A stretch of DNA of 62,581 bases, filler included, from Nemertoderma westbladi (GCA_032718475.1; 3 parts of 3 records of this genome joined end to end with filler, not necessarily neighbours in it); one strand, 5' to 3'; shown: positions 50,601-62,581, counted from the whole stretch's first letter. Translations and numbers: made by a program. Notes: generated by a model from the sequence alone, not told the origin.

Positions 50601-52257
50601 ATTTATGCTTGAACAATATGTTAATGACGTTAAATATGATGAACATTTACCAGTTCAACCCATTAATACATTGTGTTCTCAACTTCAAACAAGGACTAAA
50701 AGAGTGCCAATGTTTCAACGCGTTAAAGCTTTGACAATCGATCAGCGTTTAGATTACTTGATTGATACGGAATCCAACCTAACTAAACTCAAGATTAAGA
50801 TAGTCTGGCTCATTAGATTATCCAAGTTTGCTGTGAAAGGTACTGCTAAACCTCATATTATTATGGCAGAAGAACTAAGACATGCAGAAGTGTGTCTGGT
50901 ACGATATGCACAGAGGCGGGAATTTCTTCAGGATATTGATAGAATTTCTAGTGGCAAACCAGTCACGCGTAAAAGCAAGCTTAAGAACTTAACACCTTTT
51001 CTCGATGGCGATCACATCCTTCGTGTTGGGAGTAGAATAGAACGTGCCTTGGTTCCCTATAGTACAGCATATCCAACTATTCTCCCAGCACAGAGTTCTA
51101 TAACCAGGGCAATAATCAGGCAAACTCATATAAAGTGTGGCCATATGGGATTCTCTGTAGTAGCTAGTGAGATTCGCAAATCCTTTTGGATTCTAACAGC
51201 TCAACGAACTATTAAGACTTTACTTACAAAGTGTTTCACTTGTAGGAAAGTGCGTGGTCGATTTCTTGAACAAATAGAAGCTCCACTACCAGTAACTCGT
51301 TTGACAGCATATCTACCTCCGTTTACATTTGTAGGTGTCGACATGTTTGGCCCAATGAATGTGAAATATGCTAGAGGTACTATTAAAAGATATGGGATAT
51401 TATACACTTGTCAAAATTGTCGAGCTATACACTTAGAGTTGGCTGTAGATAAATCAGCTGATGCCTTCTTAAATACATTGCATCGCTTTTGTAGCCGACG
51501 TGGCAAACCTCAACAAATAATAAGTGACAAAGGAACAAATTTTGTTGGTTCTGACTCGACAATCAAGTTGCTTGAGCAATTTGCCAAAGAGGAGAGTGTT
51601 AATGCATTTTTAAATAAAAATAGCATTGATTGTAAGTTTGTCGATACTGATTCGGATGTAGATTGGTTATTTCTCACTCCATACGCCCCTCATACTGGAG
51701 GTTTTTATGAGCGTTTAATTCAGTCAACCAAATGTATATTACTTGCTTCGTTAGAAGATAACTTAGTTACCGAAGATACTTTAAACACTTACTTAGTAAT
51801 AGCTGAAGGCATAATGAATAGTCGACCATTGACTGCCATTAGCAGCGACCCTACCTCGCCCGAACCACTGACTCCCCAACACTTACTACTCCAGAGAGAA
51901 GCAAGAAACATCCCTGTCGGTGAGTCTGATGATACGGATATCTATAGTTCATTGACATGGAAACAAGGACAGTTCCTAGCCTAGATATTTTGGGAACGTT
52001 GGGTTAATGAATATATTACCTTATTACATGAACGCTCTAAATGGAATAGACAACGGGATAACTTAAAACTTAATGATGTCGTTCTCCTACAACCTGAGGT
52101 TGATACGTTAATACCTCGTTCTCAATGGCCTTGGGGGCGCATTATAGAAACATACCCTGATGAACAGGGAAATGTGAGATCTGTATTACTAAGAACTAAG
52201 GATGGGAGTGAATATAAACGCCCCATACAACGGTTATGCTTGCTGGAACAAGATTAA
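44688..52257 (+). CDS. BEL/Pao gag-pol polyprotein with one +1 frameshift (A-run about 47834-47841) and one stop (51982-51984)
   Basis: KFNG DUF1759-like region; CSYCQEGH..C and CLNC..GH..C..CRINGCAEAH; protease ALLDTGS; RT YVDD; RNase H LHLFCDAS, PRLEL, WTDS; integrase DMFGP, SDKGTNF, YERLI; ends LCLLEQD*. Confidence 0.92.
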
Positions 52258-52719
52258 CAGATAACTCAAATCACACAAACAAACTCAAATTTATTCTGTA
52301 CATGAGCTATATTTACTTATTAGTAAATTATTATGTTATGTCAATTGTGACTGTGAGCATAACTAAGTTGGCTGTTTTGCCTATATTTTGGCTTAATATT
52401 ATACTTATTAGTAAATTATTATGTTATGATTAATTGAGCATAATAATTTTGGTAATAAAAAAATTAAAATGTACTACAAATTTAAACCCTTATTACAATA
52501 TAATGTACTGTAAGTACTGGTAATATACAACCCTACTGTACGGTACAGTAGTACTGTGTGTTTGATTATAATATTTTCTACAATGGTTGGTGGTGATTGG
52601 TTGTGCTAAGAGAAGATAGCACAACCGAAGATTATGTATATTATCCAAAGTACTATTACGTGGTAAACTCTGTAAAAAGAACTGCAATGATTTATAGACT
52701 GACATACAGCACACAAAGA

Positions 52720-53125
52720 CATAAAGTTCTTCCAGTTAGGACGGTTGAAATACAAAGTTCTTCTGGTTGGGACGGTTGAAAGACAAAGTTCTTCTGGTTG
52801 GGACGGTTGAAATACAAAGTTCTTCTGGTTGGGACGGTTGAAAGACAAAGTTCTTCTGGTTGGGACGGTTGAAAGACAAAGTTCTTCTGGTTGGGACGGT
52901 TGAAATACAAAGTTCTTCTGGTTGGGACGGTTGAAATACAAAGTTCTTCTGGTTGGGATGGTTGAAATACAAAGTTCTTCTGGTTGGGACGGTTGAAATA
53001 CAAAGTTCTTCTGGTTGGGACGGTTGAAAGACAAAGTTCTTCTGGTTGGGACGGTTGAAATACAAAGTTCTTCTGGTTGGGACGGTTGAAAGACAAAGTT
53101 ATTCTGGTTGGGACGCTTAAAAGAC
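52720..53125. repeat. 31-bp minisatellite, about 13 copies, in BEL 3' UTR
   Basis: Unit CAAAGTTCTTCTGGTTGGGACGGTTGAAA(T/G)A, no spacers. Confidence 0.95.
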
Positions 53126-54155
53126 ATTTTACATTAAATTTATACACAACAATTTTCTTTATATTTTAAATCATAAAGTGAAATGGTGGTGGGTATCTTA
53201 ATTTAAATTGAAAGTTATTTTTTGTTTATAAACTATGTCGAGATTAGATGCATATCTGTATTTTTTGATATGATGGAACCTGTTGACAAAAAAATATTTT
53301 TGCTTATATTATTTGTTACGACAAGAGTAAACTGAGTTATGTTGAAGATATTAACATGATTGTGTTCTTTCCTTATATTATGGTGCTGTAGGAATTGGAA
53401 TTATTATATTTTTTTGACACCATATTAGTTGTACTGTACGTACTTAGAGTATTTTCTCGAGTTATTTTCTATAATTGAGACTTATATTTGTGCCTTTTTA
53501 TGATTCTTTTTTGGTATCTCATGGAACTGGTTCCTTCTGTCTTGTTTGTCTTTTACGTCTGTCTGTCCGCTGATTGGGGTGTGTTAGAAAATAAAATCTA
53601 AATGGATAATAAATCCAATAACAAAACGTAGCCACCTAGGCAACCCTTTGCTGGGCTCTGTACCTAGGGGGTGAAATTTTGAGAACATTTGGTAGCACTT
53701 AAATTTGAGCGTAATAGCACTGTGAGTGTCGCTCTTCCTCCCAATTAAACCTGGCTAGAAAGGCTAAGGTTGGAGGTCGTGATACCTTCCATGAACCACG
53801 GTAAACGTCTCATTCGTGGAATTGTTCTGTAAAATTAATATCATCAGCGTTCCTGCGCTATCTAACTTCCTCATTTCAGTCTTTATGTGTTTAATGTTGT
53901 ATGTCAGACAGATATCGAACCACTCCATTCGTTTATCAAAATTATGTCGAAAACATATATAACTATAGTTGTGGCAGTTCATTAAAGTTCATAATGAAAA
54001 AGTCAATATAAATTATAATGGTAGTATTGCAATTATAATAGTAAAAAAATATTATGTGCAATATTTACTACGGGCTACAGCTTCTTTCACCTCCCTTTAT
54101 TTTTTAGATTTCGGACATATTGTTATATAACCTGACCCGAAAATCTAGGGGGGGC

Positions 54156-54663
54156 TGTGAAATTGTTGCCCTTCGTTTAGAGATTTATATAGTATTATTA
54201 TTCATACAGTCATATATACAGTATACATATTCTGATAGCTTCGAGAACATTGCAATCTGTTGTCTGATGATTGGTTTCAGAGTTTAGTATACAACCCTAT
54301 GTGATTACTATACTGCAGTACTGACGTGCATATTATACTGACTGGAATTATTGTCCAGTCTGCATGTCTGCCTATGTGGTGTAAACGCTAGTATTTTTTG
54401 CACCACACGGACTATATATTTTTGGTAGATATCAATGTCAATCAGTCACAGGTTCTGTCAGTCGACAATTAATAGTTAGGTTGTTTGTATTACTGTTTAT
54501 ATTAACCTGTGCCTGTACCGTCTGATATAATAAAGTCCAGAGGAGTTCTTGTGCGTATGAACAAAGTACTATAGTTTTCATCACCTGCATAGGTTTACCC
54601 AGACTACCGCAAGTTGGCATACGTCAGTATGTGAATGGACGATGACACCGTGCGGTATTCACA
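54156..54663 (+). repeat. 3' LTR of second BEL element
   Basis: After PPT 54147-54154; TGTGAA...TTCACA inverted termini; AATAAA at about 54529. Confidence 0.8.
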
Positions 54664-56144
54664 TTAAGGGAACCTCCAATGTGGTAGCAGACACACTATC
54701 ACGTGCCCTTGTTGAGTCCAATGAGCCCAACACCAGATCAGGTACAACAGTGTCAGCTATTCTAACTCCTACAATCGAATACGCACAGTTGGCTTCAGAC
54801 CAGGCTACATCCAAAGAAATCGAAGCTTATCGCACAAGCACTGCTGTCACTTCACTCAATCTCGAAGACCTTGCCTATAATGGCTACTCTATCTTATGTG
54901 ACACTGCCACTGGAAAGGCCAGACCAGTCATACCTGCCAATTGGACAAAACTAATATTTGAGGCTATCCATGGCCTTTCTCACACTGGTTACAGTTCCAC
55001 ATACTGTGCAATAGCGAAACGATTTGTTTGGCATGGGATGAAATCAGATATCCGCAACTGGTGTCGCTCCTGTCACCCGTGTCAAGTCTCTAAGGTCAGC
55101 CAACACATACACACCCCCTTAGAATCACGCCCCCCATCGGAACGGCGCTTTGGATCTCTTCATGTAGACCTTGTGGGGCCCCTTCCCATCTCCTTGAAAA
55201 TGTGATACCTGTTTACAATAGTAGATCGCTATACCAGGTGGCCAGAAGCTATTCCAATTCCAGACTCCACAACTGAAAGTTGCATTCGTGGCTTTCTAAG
55301 CACATGGGTGGCACGGTTCAGTATCCCAGGGGATCTCACATCCGACAGAGGCCCACAGTTCACATCACACCTTTGGGCCGAGTTACAACGTCTCTTGGGA
55401 GTATCAGCCAACAACACTACCGCATATCACCCACAAGCCAACAGTATGGTTGAACGATTTCACCGTCAACTAAAGGCGTTACTTAAGGCGCGCATGACAG
55501 GACCCAACTGGATGGACCACCTACCCATGGTTATGCTCGGCATCCGCACAGCCTAGAAGGAAGACGCAGACTGTTCTCCAGCTGATTTAGTATATGGGAC
55601 TTCCCTACACATTCCAGGTGAATTCTTCAAGACTGATAGGAACTCAGACCTCCAACCAAGTTTCTTAAGCGGTCTACAAGATGCCATGCGCTTAGCAAAG
55701 CCTCCACCAACTAATTACCACGGCCAACGTGCAGCATCAGTTCCAGAGAACTTAGCATAAACTGGTTTCGTTTATATACGAGTCGATAGCTACAAACACC
55801 CACTTCAGCAACCCTACACTGGCCCCTACCGCATTCTTGGGGTCAACGCCAAGCATTACACAATAGACTGCAATGGTAAAGCTGTAAATGTATCTATAGA
55901 CCGGTTAAAAACTGCATACACTGACACTGGTCGCGCAAGCACGACAACCCAACGATTGGTTCCATCGACAACACAACAAGCATCACCAACAACAATGCGC
56001 ACTTCTACAACACAAGCGATGGGATCACCTCCTCTTGTTGACTACTCATTGGAACCAGAACCCGACCCCATGTCGTACATACCCCCCATGTGCCGAACCA
56101 GAAGTGGAAGATTAAGTAAACCTCCAACTCGTTTGATCTTGTAA
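54664..56144 (+). pseudogene. Gypsy integrase remainder
   Basis: NVVADTLSR, HGLSH..CRSCHPC, HVDLVGP, TSDRGPQF, TAYHPQANSMVERFHR, GPY motif; stops and frameshifts. Confidence 0.92.
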
Positions 56145-56239
56145 CTCGACTCACTGTTAATTCTCAACTAGAACACATCAATGATCTTAAACTTTCGTGC
56201 CCTCACTGGGGGGGGGGGGGGGGGAGGGGGGGGGAGTGA

Positions 56240-56398
56240 TGTAGCGTCCACTCGATGGCTTACCTATCGTTCGGACACTTAACTCGTTTCCTTGAGTATT
56301 ACGTATTCTAGAACATATAAAACACAACAATGTTTAACAATAATAAAATAGCTCACTAGTACGTTAGTTATTTATATGTGGCATTTACATCCCCCATA
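56240..56398 (+). repeat. Gypsy 3' LTR
   Basis: Copy of 41497-41654 after poly-G PPT; followed by TSD TTAT. Confidence 0.95.
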
Positions 56399-56506
56399 TT
56401 ATGATGTAAGTTATGTAAACCTGTATGTATGTTATATAAGTGTAAGGTGTATCCAAGGATATGGAATTGATTATCTATAGAGGAGAAATGTCAATTCCTT
56501 ACTCAC

Positions 56507-56685
56507 CGTGCAATGTGATCTCCACGAACAGAAAAGTAATTTGTTATCGAGTCGCTTGAGAAGTCTGTAAAAGAACTTTCAATGATGTTTGTTTTGTCAA
56601 AGAAGGAAATCTTGTTCTTTCCGATTCCATTGAATGTAATATGAGATAATTCATTACCTCCGTCGTCATAAAGGACAATCTTCAC
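56507..56685 (-). CDS. Host gene exon (same gene as 31276-31433)
   Basis: Acceptor TTTAAATAG|GTG, donor CG|GTGAGT; encodes VKIVLYDDGGNELSHITFNG..FFDKTNIIESSFTD..NYFSVRGDHIA(R). Confidence 0.75.
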
Positions 56686-57539
56686 CTATTTAAATTTATA
56701 TAATTTGTTTATAAAAAGGACACTGAATCCTGTGAACTGAAAGATAGTATATTTGTTAACTTAATTTGTATGTGTTTGTATCTGGGGATCTCTACAACTT
56801 GAAGATCAAAGGACCGTAAGTTTTACGACTCATGTCGATTAAACTTAGAGCACAGTATTACTCAAAATGTGTGGGTTCCACTGTCTAATTTATACATTTT
56901 GTTTGATATTTTTTCCCCTATTCATTGCTGTTTGTCTTATTATTTGTAATTGTTGATCTATTTTGATAGCGTATACCACTAAGTAGGCTAAATTATTAAT
57001 TTTATTATATACTACTTTAGAGATATTATTTGTACCGGTTCGGGTATATATATATAGATGTACCAAGGTAAGTTTGACATTTTGATATTTGACATTTAAT
57101 TATTATTACTATCTATACTTGACGTATAGGCCTATAATTACTGACATGAGTGACATACAACACTGTACTAGAAACCCACCTACTGATACTGACTATGACT
57201 CTTGTGACACAGACAGATCACCAGTAGACAAACCCAGAAGGAGGATTCTCAATATCCTAACCTCAATCTAATCACAATATCTGTATGTCAGTCCGTCTCT
57301 CAGTTTGTCTATCTGTCTGTCTGTTTATATGTCTGTCTGTCTGGCAACGTGTCCGTCAAATTTTTATTAATATATATTTAATAGATATTTGTGAGTTTTG
57401 TATTACATTTGAACAGTTGTCTAATGGACTAGTAAATAACAAATGTGAACCATCATATAACAATAGCTGGTAATAATAATTTTGGGTAACAACCATAAAC
57501 TTATATTTTTTTAAATTTCGCCGGTAATTTCGCAATAAT

Positions 57540-57740
57540 TCATGTGCTGCGCTAAGTCTTCATGTGCTGCATGAACATTTCATGTACCACGTGAAGACGT
57601 CTCATTCTGATCAAAAAGCTTTCTGAGGTGCTCAATTAATTAACGTGCTTCGTGAAGAATTTAAGTGCTACGTGAAACCTTCAAGTACTGCGCGAATGTC
57701 TCACGTGCTGCGTGAAGGTTTCACATGCTGCACAAAGCTT
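57540..57740. repeat. Degenerate minisatellite, about 20-bp period
   Basis: Recurrent CA(T/C)GTGCTGCGTGAA-like units. Confidence 0.55.
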
Positions 57741-58471
57741 AATGTTCTGTGTAAAGGCTTATTATAAAAGTATGTGGAAATCTGTATATATTTTTGAATG
57801 TTTGTTAAGGTTGTCTCATTATTCCATGACTATTTATTACTAAATGACGAAACAGTATGCGATCAAATCAATACGCCAAAATGAAATTTGTTCACGTGCT
57901 GCGCGAAGTGTTTTTTTTGGCAAGCACTCTAAAATTATTTTAACAGGTTGTTAAAAGTGGGTAGGCGTTTTTTTTTAACCAAATTTCATGAAATCCATTG
58001 AGAAATCACAAAATATGGATAGGGGATAACCAATGGGAAAAGAAAAGGAGATACCAGTATGTGAAAATAGCGGGAACATTTGAAATATATTATTCTTAAA
58101 CTTTAAATGCGTTTTTCTCGGAATTGTATTTTACACATTCAAAATACTACTATACGGCCATTTCCTAACCAATTTTCGAAATTTTTTTTTTTGTTTGATT
58201 TCTTTTCAGGTTTTGATCAGAAGTTATAGGTTAGAATTTTGAATTGTGCCATATTAATTTCTTGAAATTAGTTAATATATATTAAATAATAATTAATATT
58301 AGTTAATAATATTTAAAAAATATTTAAGACCTAAATAAAAAATGTAACCAATAAGTTTAGTGGAGCCGAGGATGCTGATTCAGAAAAACCAAGTTTCGAA
58401 AATTTTCGCCCAAAATTGAGAGACTAGTAGTGTTTTTAGTGAAATTAACAATTTTGCTGGTGGCAACTAGA

Positions 58472-58571
58472 NNNNNNNNNNNNNNNNNNNNNNNNNNNNN
58501 NNNNNNNNNNNNNNNTTAATTAATTAANNNNNNNNNNNNNNNNNNNNNNNNNNNNNNNNNNNNNNNNNNNN
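58472..58571. other. Assembly gap with artificial linker
   Basis: N-run with TTAATTAATTAA at 58516-58527. Confidence 0.95.
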
Positions 58572-59690
58572 CTAGTCGCAATCGTAAAAGTAACCTAACT
58601 CTCCAAGGAAAACCTGAAGTACATCTAAGCCTTTGGGACGGACAGTTGAGTGACTTGTGCCGGTTGTCGTTGTGCGGCTACGTCGTTGGCGAAAGTACAG
58701 CGGCGACGACACATCGGCGCTGAGGATCTCGTACTGTCCGGGGTTGATTGGGGTAGGCAGCGACGCCCGCTCGCCTAAATATAAACTCATTATAATATGG
58801 ATAAACTCATATATAGCAGATATGACGGAGTTGATAGAAGATGGTCTTGGTATCGGGGAGCGATATACTCTACTTTTACAAGCGTTTGTTGATAGCTTAA
58901 TACGCGGCGACGTTAGTCCAACTGCTGCGGAGGACGATGGTCGTTATATCGAACCGCCAATGTCCCAAGAGCAGCTCACGCGTGAGTTGGACTATAGAAA
59001 ATTCGCTGCTCGATATACGCAGCGTAATGGTATGTATATGGGCTTCTTAACTACTGGTCATCCTATCGATTTACACAATACGGACTATGTCGACTATATA
59101 TCCTGCCCAGCGGAGTCGGAACCATAAACGGAAATTCGAATGCGAAAATTCTATTCGAAATCGACTCGAAAGAAAAGACACTTAAGAAACAAATGGACGC
59201 GGTAACTCCAACGTATATTTGGAATTCTTGATAGAAGCATTGTAACAACAAATAAATATCACCCGCGTTTACCCTACCAGACGTGCGTCTTTGGTATTAT
59301 TACGATAAATGCCCTAGACCCAACTAATAAACGGAAAGACATAAACATCCACGTAAACCGAAACTTGTTGACGTATCACCCATGCTCACTCGGCTCGAAC
59401 GATCCTGGAGTAAACCTACGATCAGAGTCCCGGAATACTCGGTCAAACCTCCTCATTCCTTAGTTGGACCTCAGACCTGCGATCTTGGTGGTGTCGCGGA
59501 TCCTCGCGGACTGTATTCACTGTTCAAAGATCTAGTGCTACCCTAACAATTAATCGGTAACACTCCAACAGTGATTTCTAGCTAGCCGCCCATCTTACCT
59601 AGCCGGATTGTGACGCGGACACCTAATATCACTATCCAACCGTATGGTCGTCCACGTTTAACGCGATACAACCCCTCATCAAGGTGAAGG
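58572..59690 (+). mobile_element. BEL family copy C: spacer and 5' part of extra ORF (same deleted subfamily as copy B)
   Basis: Very close to the reverse complement of about 12310-13470; shares B's deletions relative to A; bounded by the gap and by an LTR at 59691. Confidence 0.9.
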
Positions 59691-60798
59691 TGAATAATTG
59701 TGAAGTTGGCAGGTTGGGTAATAGCAATAGGTCATGAATAAATTTACAGGTAGGTCTGTAGGTTTTAGGTATTCACACGGGCAGCGGGTAAAGTAACGAA
59801 CTATGTAAGGCCCTAGTCGCGATTTCAGTATTACTGGCCTGACTCTCCGGCCTAGGGAGAATACAGACCAGAAGATAAGAACGTGTTTAATTACCGTACT
59901 CGTATTTGGAAACAATTTCCCACGCTCGATTCTCTGTGATAAATTGTATGAATTGAAAATGTATGTTTGTATGTGTTACTAAAATAATCACTAAATAATA
60001 TTCTTATTTACAATACAGCAATAGGGTAGTTAATAATTAATAATATTGAACATTGTAACGGGAATATAAATGACTGAATTACACCTTAATAAATGACTGA
60101 ATTACACCGTAATAATTATTGAAATATTGCAATGAAACAATTTGTATACGTACTGTGTACTGGTATCAGATTTTACTTTACTTTACTCTGTTACTTTTAA
60201 TTTTAATTTTTTAGTTTTTTGGTTCTTTGTTTATACAGAAATAATCTCGCGACTATACTATAATTGTATCCAGACACGAGGTACGGTAGCTACTGTTGTA
60301 CTGATTGTAGAGATATAAGGCATGTCAAAGTACAAAACTGACTAATAGAACCGGCCAGCCTCCTATGAAATTGCAATGAACAAACACTAGCTTGACCTTT
60401 CATTTCCACTTAATCAACTCAACTGTAAAGTGCTATTATTTACTGATAAAGCAACATACAATAATTAATGATTGACTATCACTGATTGGTCGAGATGGTA
60501 GCTAGCTAGGTGATATTAGTTTGCACAGTTGAGATAACTAATAACTAACTAAAATATACTTAATGAGTAAATAGAGTTTGGATAGTGAGGCGAACAGACT
60601 CCTCCGTAAGACTGAAACAAGTCTTAAAAAATAAACATTGTTCGGTGCTATCCAATTAGTACACACAAAAATTGTCTTTATCTTTACCTAAATTACTAAA
60701 TATACAAGTAACCACTGGCTTAATTATGAATTGTTAATGAGAAGTAATAAATGAAAATAATGTTTTACTAATAATATATACAAATACCTAATATAATA

Positions 60799-61400
60799 CA
60801 CACTTAAATCTTAATTCACTTTAAATTAAATCTTAGTTCAAATTTTTACTTTAGTAGAAGTAAAATTAGAGATGTAATAAACAATAAACAAACACTAATC
60901 ACACTTAAATCTTAATTCACTTTAAATCAAATCTTAGTTCATTTTTTACTTTAGTAGAAGTAAAATTAGAGATGTAATAAACAATAAACAAACACTAATC
61001 ACACTTAAATCTTAATTCACTTTAAATCAAATCTTAGTTCATTTTTTTTTTTTTTTTTTTTTTGAGTTCCATCACCAAATTGCAAAGCTGAAGATTCGTT
61101 ATCAGTTTGTAGAAGTAGATCCGTCATCAGTTTGTAGAAGTAGATCCGTCGTCAGTTTGTAGAGGTAGATCCTTCGTCAGTTTGTAGAGGTAGATCCTTC
61201 ATCAATTTGTAGAGGTAGATCCTTCGTCAATTTGTAGAGGTAGATCCTTCGTCATCCCAGCCTGTAGAGTTAGAGTGAACGTAAGCCCAGACTGTATTGT
61301 AGAACCATTATCAGTCCAGACTGCATAGGTAGAACAATCATTAGCCCAGACTGTAGAGTAGATCCAACATTAGCCTAGACTGGTAGAAGTAGATCCAACA
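60799..61400. repeat. Tandem repeats in third BEL 3' UTR (about 100-bp x2.4; 25-bp x6 grading into about 30-bp units)
   Basis: CACACTTAAATCTTAATTCAC at about 60799, 60900, 61000; CAGTTTGTAGA(A/G)GTAGATCC(G/T)TC(A/G)T from 61103. Confidence 0.85.
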
Positions 61401-62015
61401 TATTATCCAAGATTAATCATTGTTTATTCAAACATTCATTCATATCGACATAATATTTATATCATATCATTTCATATAATATCATCATATTTATATCAAA
61501 TTATTAGTATATAATCCATAATAACCAATTATTAGTATAATAATAATTGTTCTTTGTTCATCATCGAAATATTAATATCTTTTTATCATTTCCATCATCA
61601 ATCATATTCATCTTGGTATCATCAACATCAATTGTATTCGTATCAGATGGCCAACATCAAATCCAAACCCGGGTAAGTAAACAGCTTGAGTACTTTTGGA
61701 GCGATTCACCATAAACACACTCCGCTGCAGCATGCTTTACCCTGACCCAACCCCCCTTGCGCAACCCAAAATAGTCAAAGTAGGTCAAAGGTAAAGTCAT
61801 AAAATAATAATAAATAATAATAATTGTAAAATGTCTGTCTGTTCTTACTGTACTGGCTGTTACCACCAACAGCCGAGACAATAAAAGATATAAAGTTACT
61901 CCTATATAAGTAAAATATGTTATAGGAGTTTAAAATCCTATCCTACGAGATTGAGAAATCTAAAAATGCTTAGTCATTTAAACCTTCTCAATAACGAAGT
62001 GATCAAGAAACCAAA

Positions 62016-62581
62016 TTAGGTCAGATGTGTTAATAAACTTTCTTCTAACAAACACAACTTATGGACACCTCTGACTTGTAGCCCTGAAGATGTTCTGACT
62101 TCAGCTGATCGAACTGTTCCATCCTTACCAGGAAAAATCTGGGTAATCCTGGCCATGTGCCATTTGTTTCTAGCAAGAGGATTTCCTTCCTTAACTAATA
62201 CAAGATCTCCTACGATCACATCTCTACAAGGCTTTTGCCACTTTGGCCGCTTGTGTAAAGTTGGCAAGTAGTGCTTTTGCCATAGATCCCAAAATTCGTT
62301 AGCAGCCTGTTGGCTGCGCCTCCAGACCTTCCTGGAGCTAGAGTTGGATGGGTCTGAGGGCTCTATAATTAACCCTAGTGGTTCGCCTATACCTAAGATC
62401 ATGTTTGGGGTGATTGGTGTAATACCACTGGGATCCTCAGTGGGTGAGAATAGTGGCCTAGAATTAATGGCATATTCAACCTCAGCCAAAGTTGTTCGGA
62501 AAGAATCAAATGTATCATTCTTAAATTGTATAGCTTTCAACCCTTGTTTGACTGATTTGACCATACGTTCCCAAGTACCAC
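62016..62581 (-). CDS. BEL/Pao integrase C-terminus (partial, runs off window)
   Basis: WERMVKSVK, INSRPL, ITPNMIL, FWDLWQKHYLPTL, VGDLVLV, GKDGTVRSAEV, KLCLLE. Confidence 0.92.
   Translation of the reverse strand, partial: GTWERMVKSVKQGLKAIQFKNDTFDSFRTTLAEVEYAINSRPLFSPTEDPSGITPITPNMILGIGEPLGLIIEPSDPSNSSSRKVWRRSQQAANEFWDLWQKHYLPTLHKRPKWQKPCRDVIVGDLVLVKEGNPLARNKWHMARITQIFPGKDGTVRSAEVRTSSGLQVRGVHKLCLLEESLLTHLT

Larger units (their letters stand above)
44267..54663 (+). mobile_element. Second BEL/Pao element, near intact, no 5' LTR, nested in Gypsy pol
   Basis: Interrupts Gypsy FTTDVQYI|KGTSNVVADTLSR; ACATTA at both junctions (44261-44266, 54661-54666); PPT AGGGGGGG then LTR. Confidence 0.9.
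41497..56398 (+). mobile_element. Ty3/Gypsy LTR retrotransposon, decayed, split by a BEL insertion
   Basis: 158-bp LTRs at 41497-41654 and 56240-56398 (3 differences seen), TSD TTAT, PBS, G-rich PPT, gag-PR-RT-RH-IN order. Confidence 0.95.
59691..62581 (-). mobile_element. Third BEL/Pao element, 3' part (integrase end, repeat-rich 3' UTR, probable LTR 59691-60596)
   Basis: Integrase ORF; minus-strand CGGAGGAGTC|TGTTCG as PPT/LTR start at 60596; ends ATTCA exactly where copy C is interrupted. Confidence 0.75.

Noticed and set aside
52720-53125. 31-bp repeats as a CRISPR array, and the repetitive minus-strand ORFs over them
   Set aside because: No unique spacers, eukaryotic context, no cas genes; the ORFs are a by-product of a stop-free repeat.

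Overview
AT-rich eukaryotic (invertebrate-like) genomic DNA made almost entirely of nested transposable elements, with two N-gaps carrying an artificial TTAATTAATTAA linker. In order: a decayed pogo/Tigger-type DNA transposon (563-5676) holding a 9-bp-TSD MITE and LINE fragments; a foldback element; an inverted, internally deleted 3' half of a BEL/Pao LTR retrotransposon (10647-14022); a BEL/Pao element (about 14050-29174) with decayed gag-pol and a large extra ORF (24214-27912) in the env position; a 10-kb cluster of tandem and nested Helitron-like elements; a Gypsy element (41497-56398) interrupted by a near-intact second BEL element lacking its 5' LTR; a third copy of the extra-ORF region; and the 3' end of a third BEL element. 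Two exons of a minus-strand host gene (56507-56685 and 31276-31433) splice in frame across a 25-kb TE-filled intron. The most interesting item is the extra BEL ORF. By eye it is not an envelope protein: it shows a DnaQ/DEDDy (WRN/EXD2/Mut-7-like) 3'-5' exonuclease-like domain with an apparently degenerate active site, three CCHC-type zinc knuckles and a basic C-terminal tail. All domain calls are motif recognition by eye, not database results.
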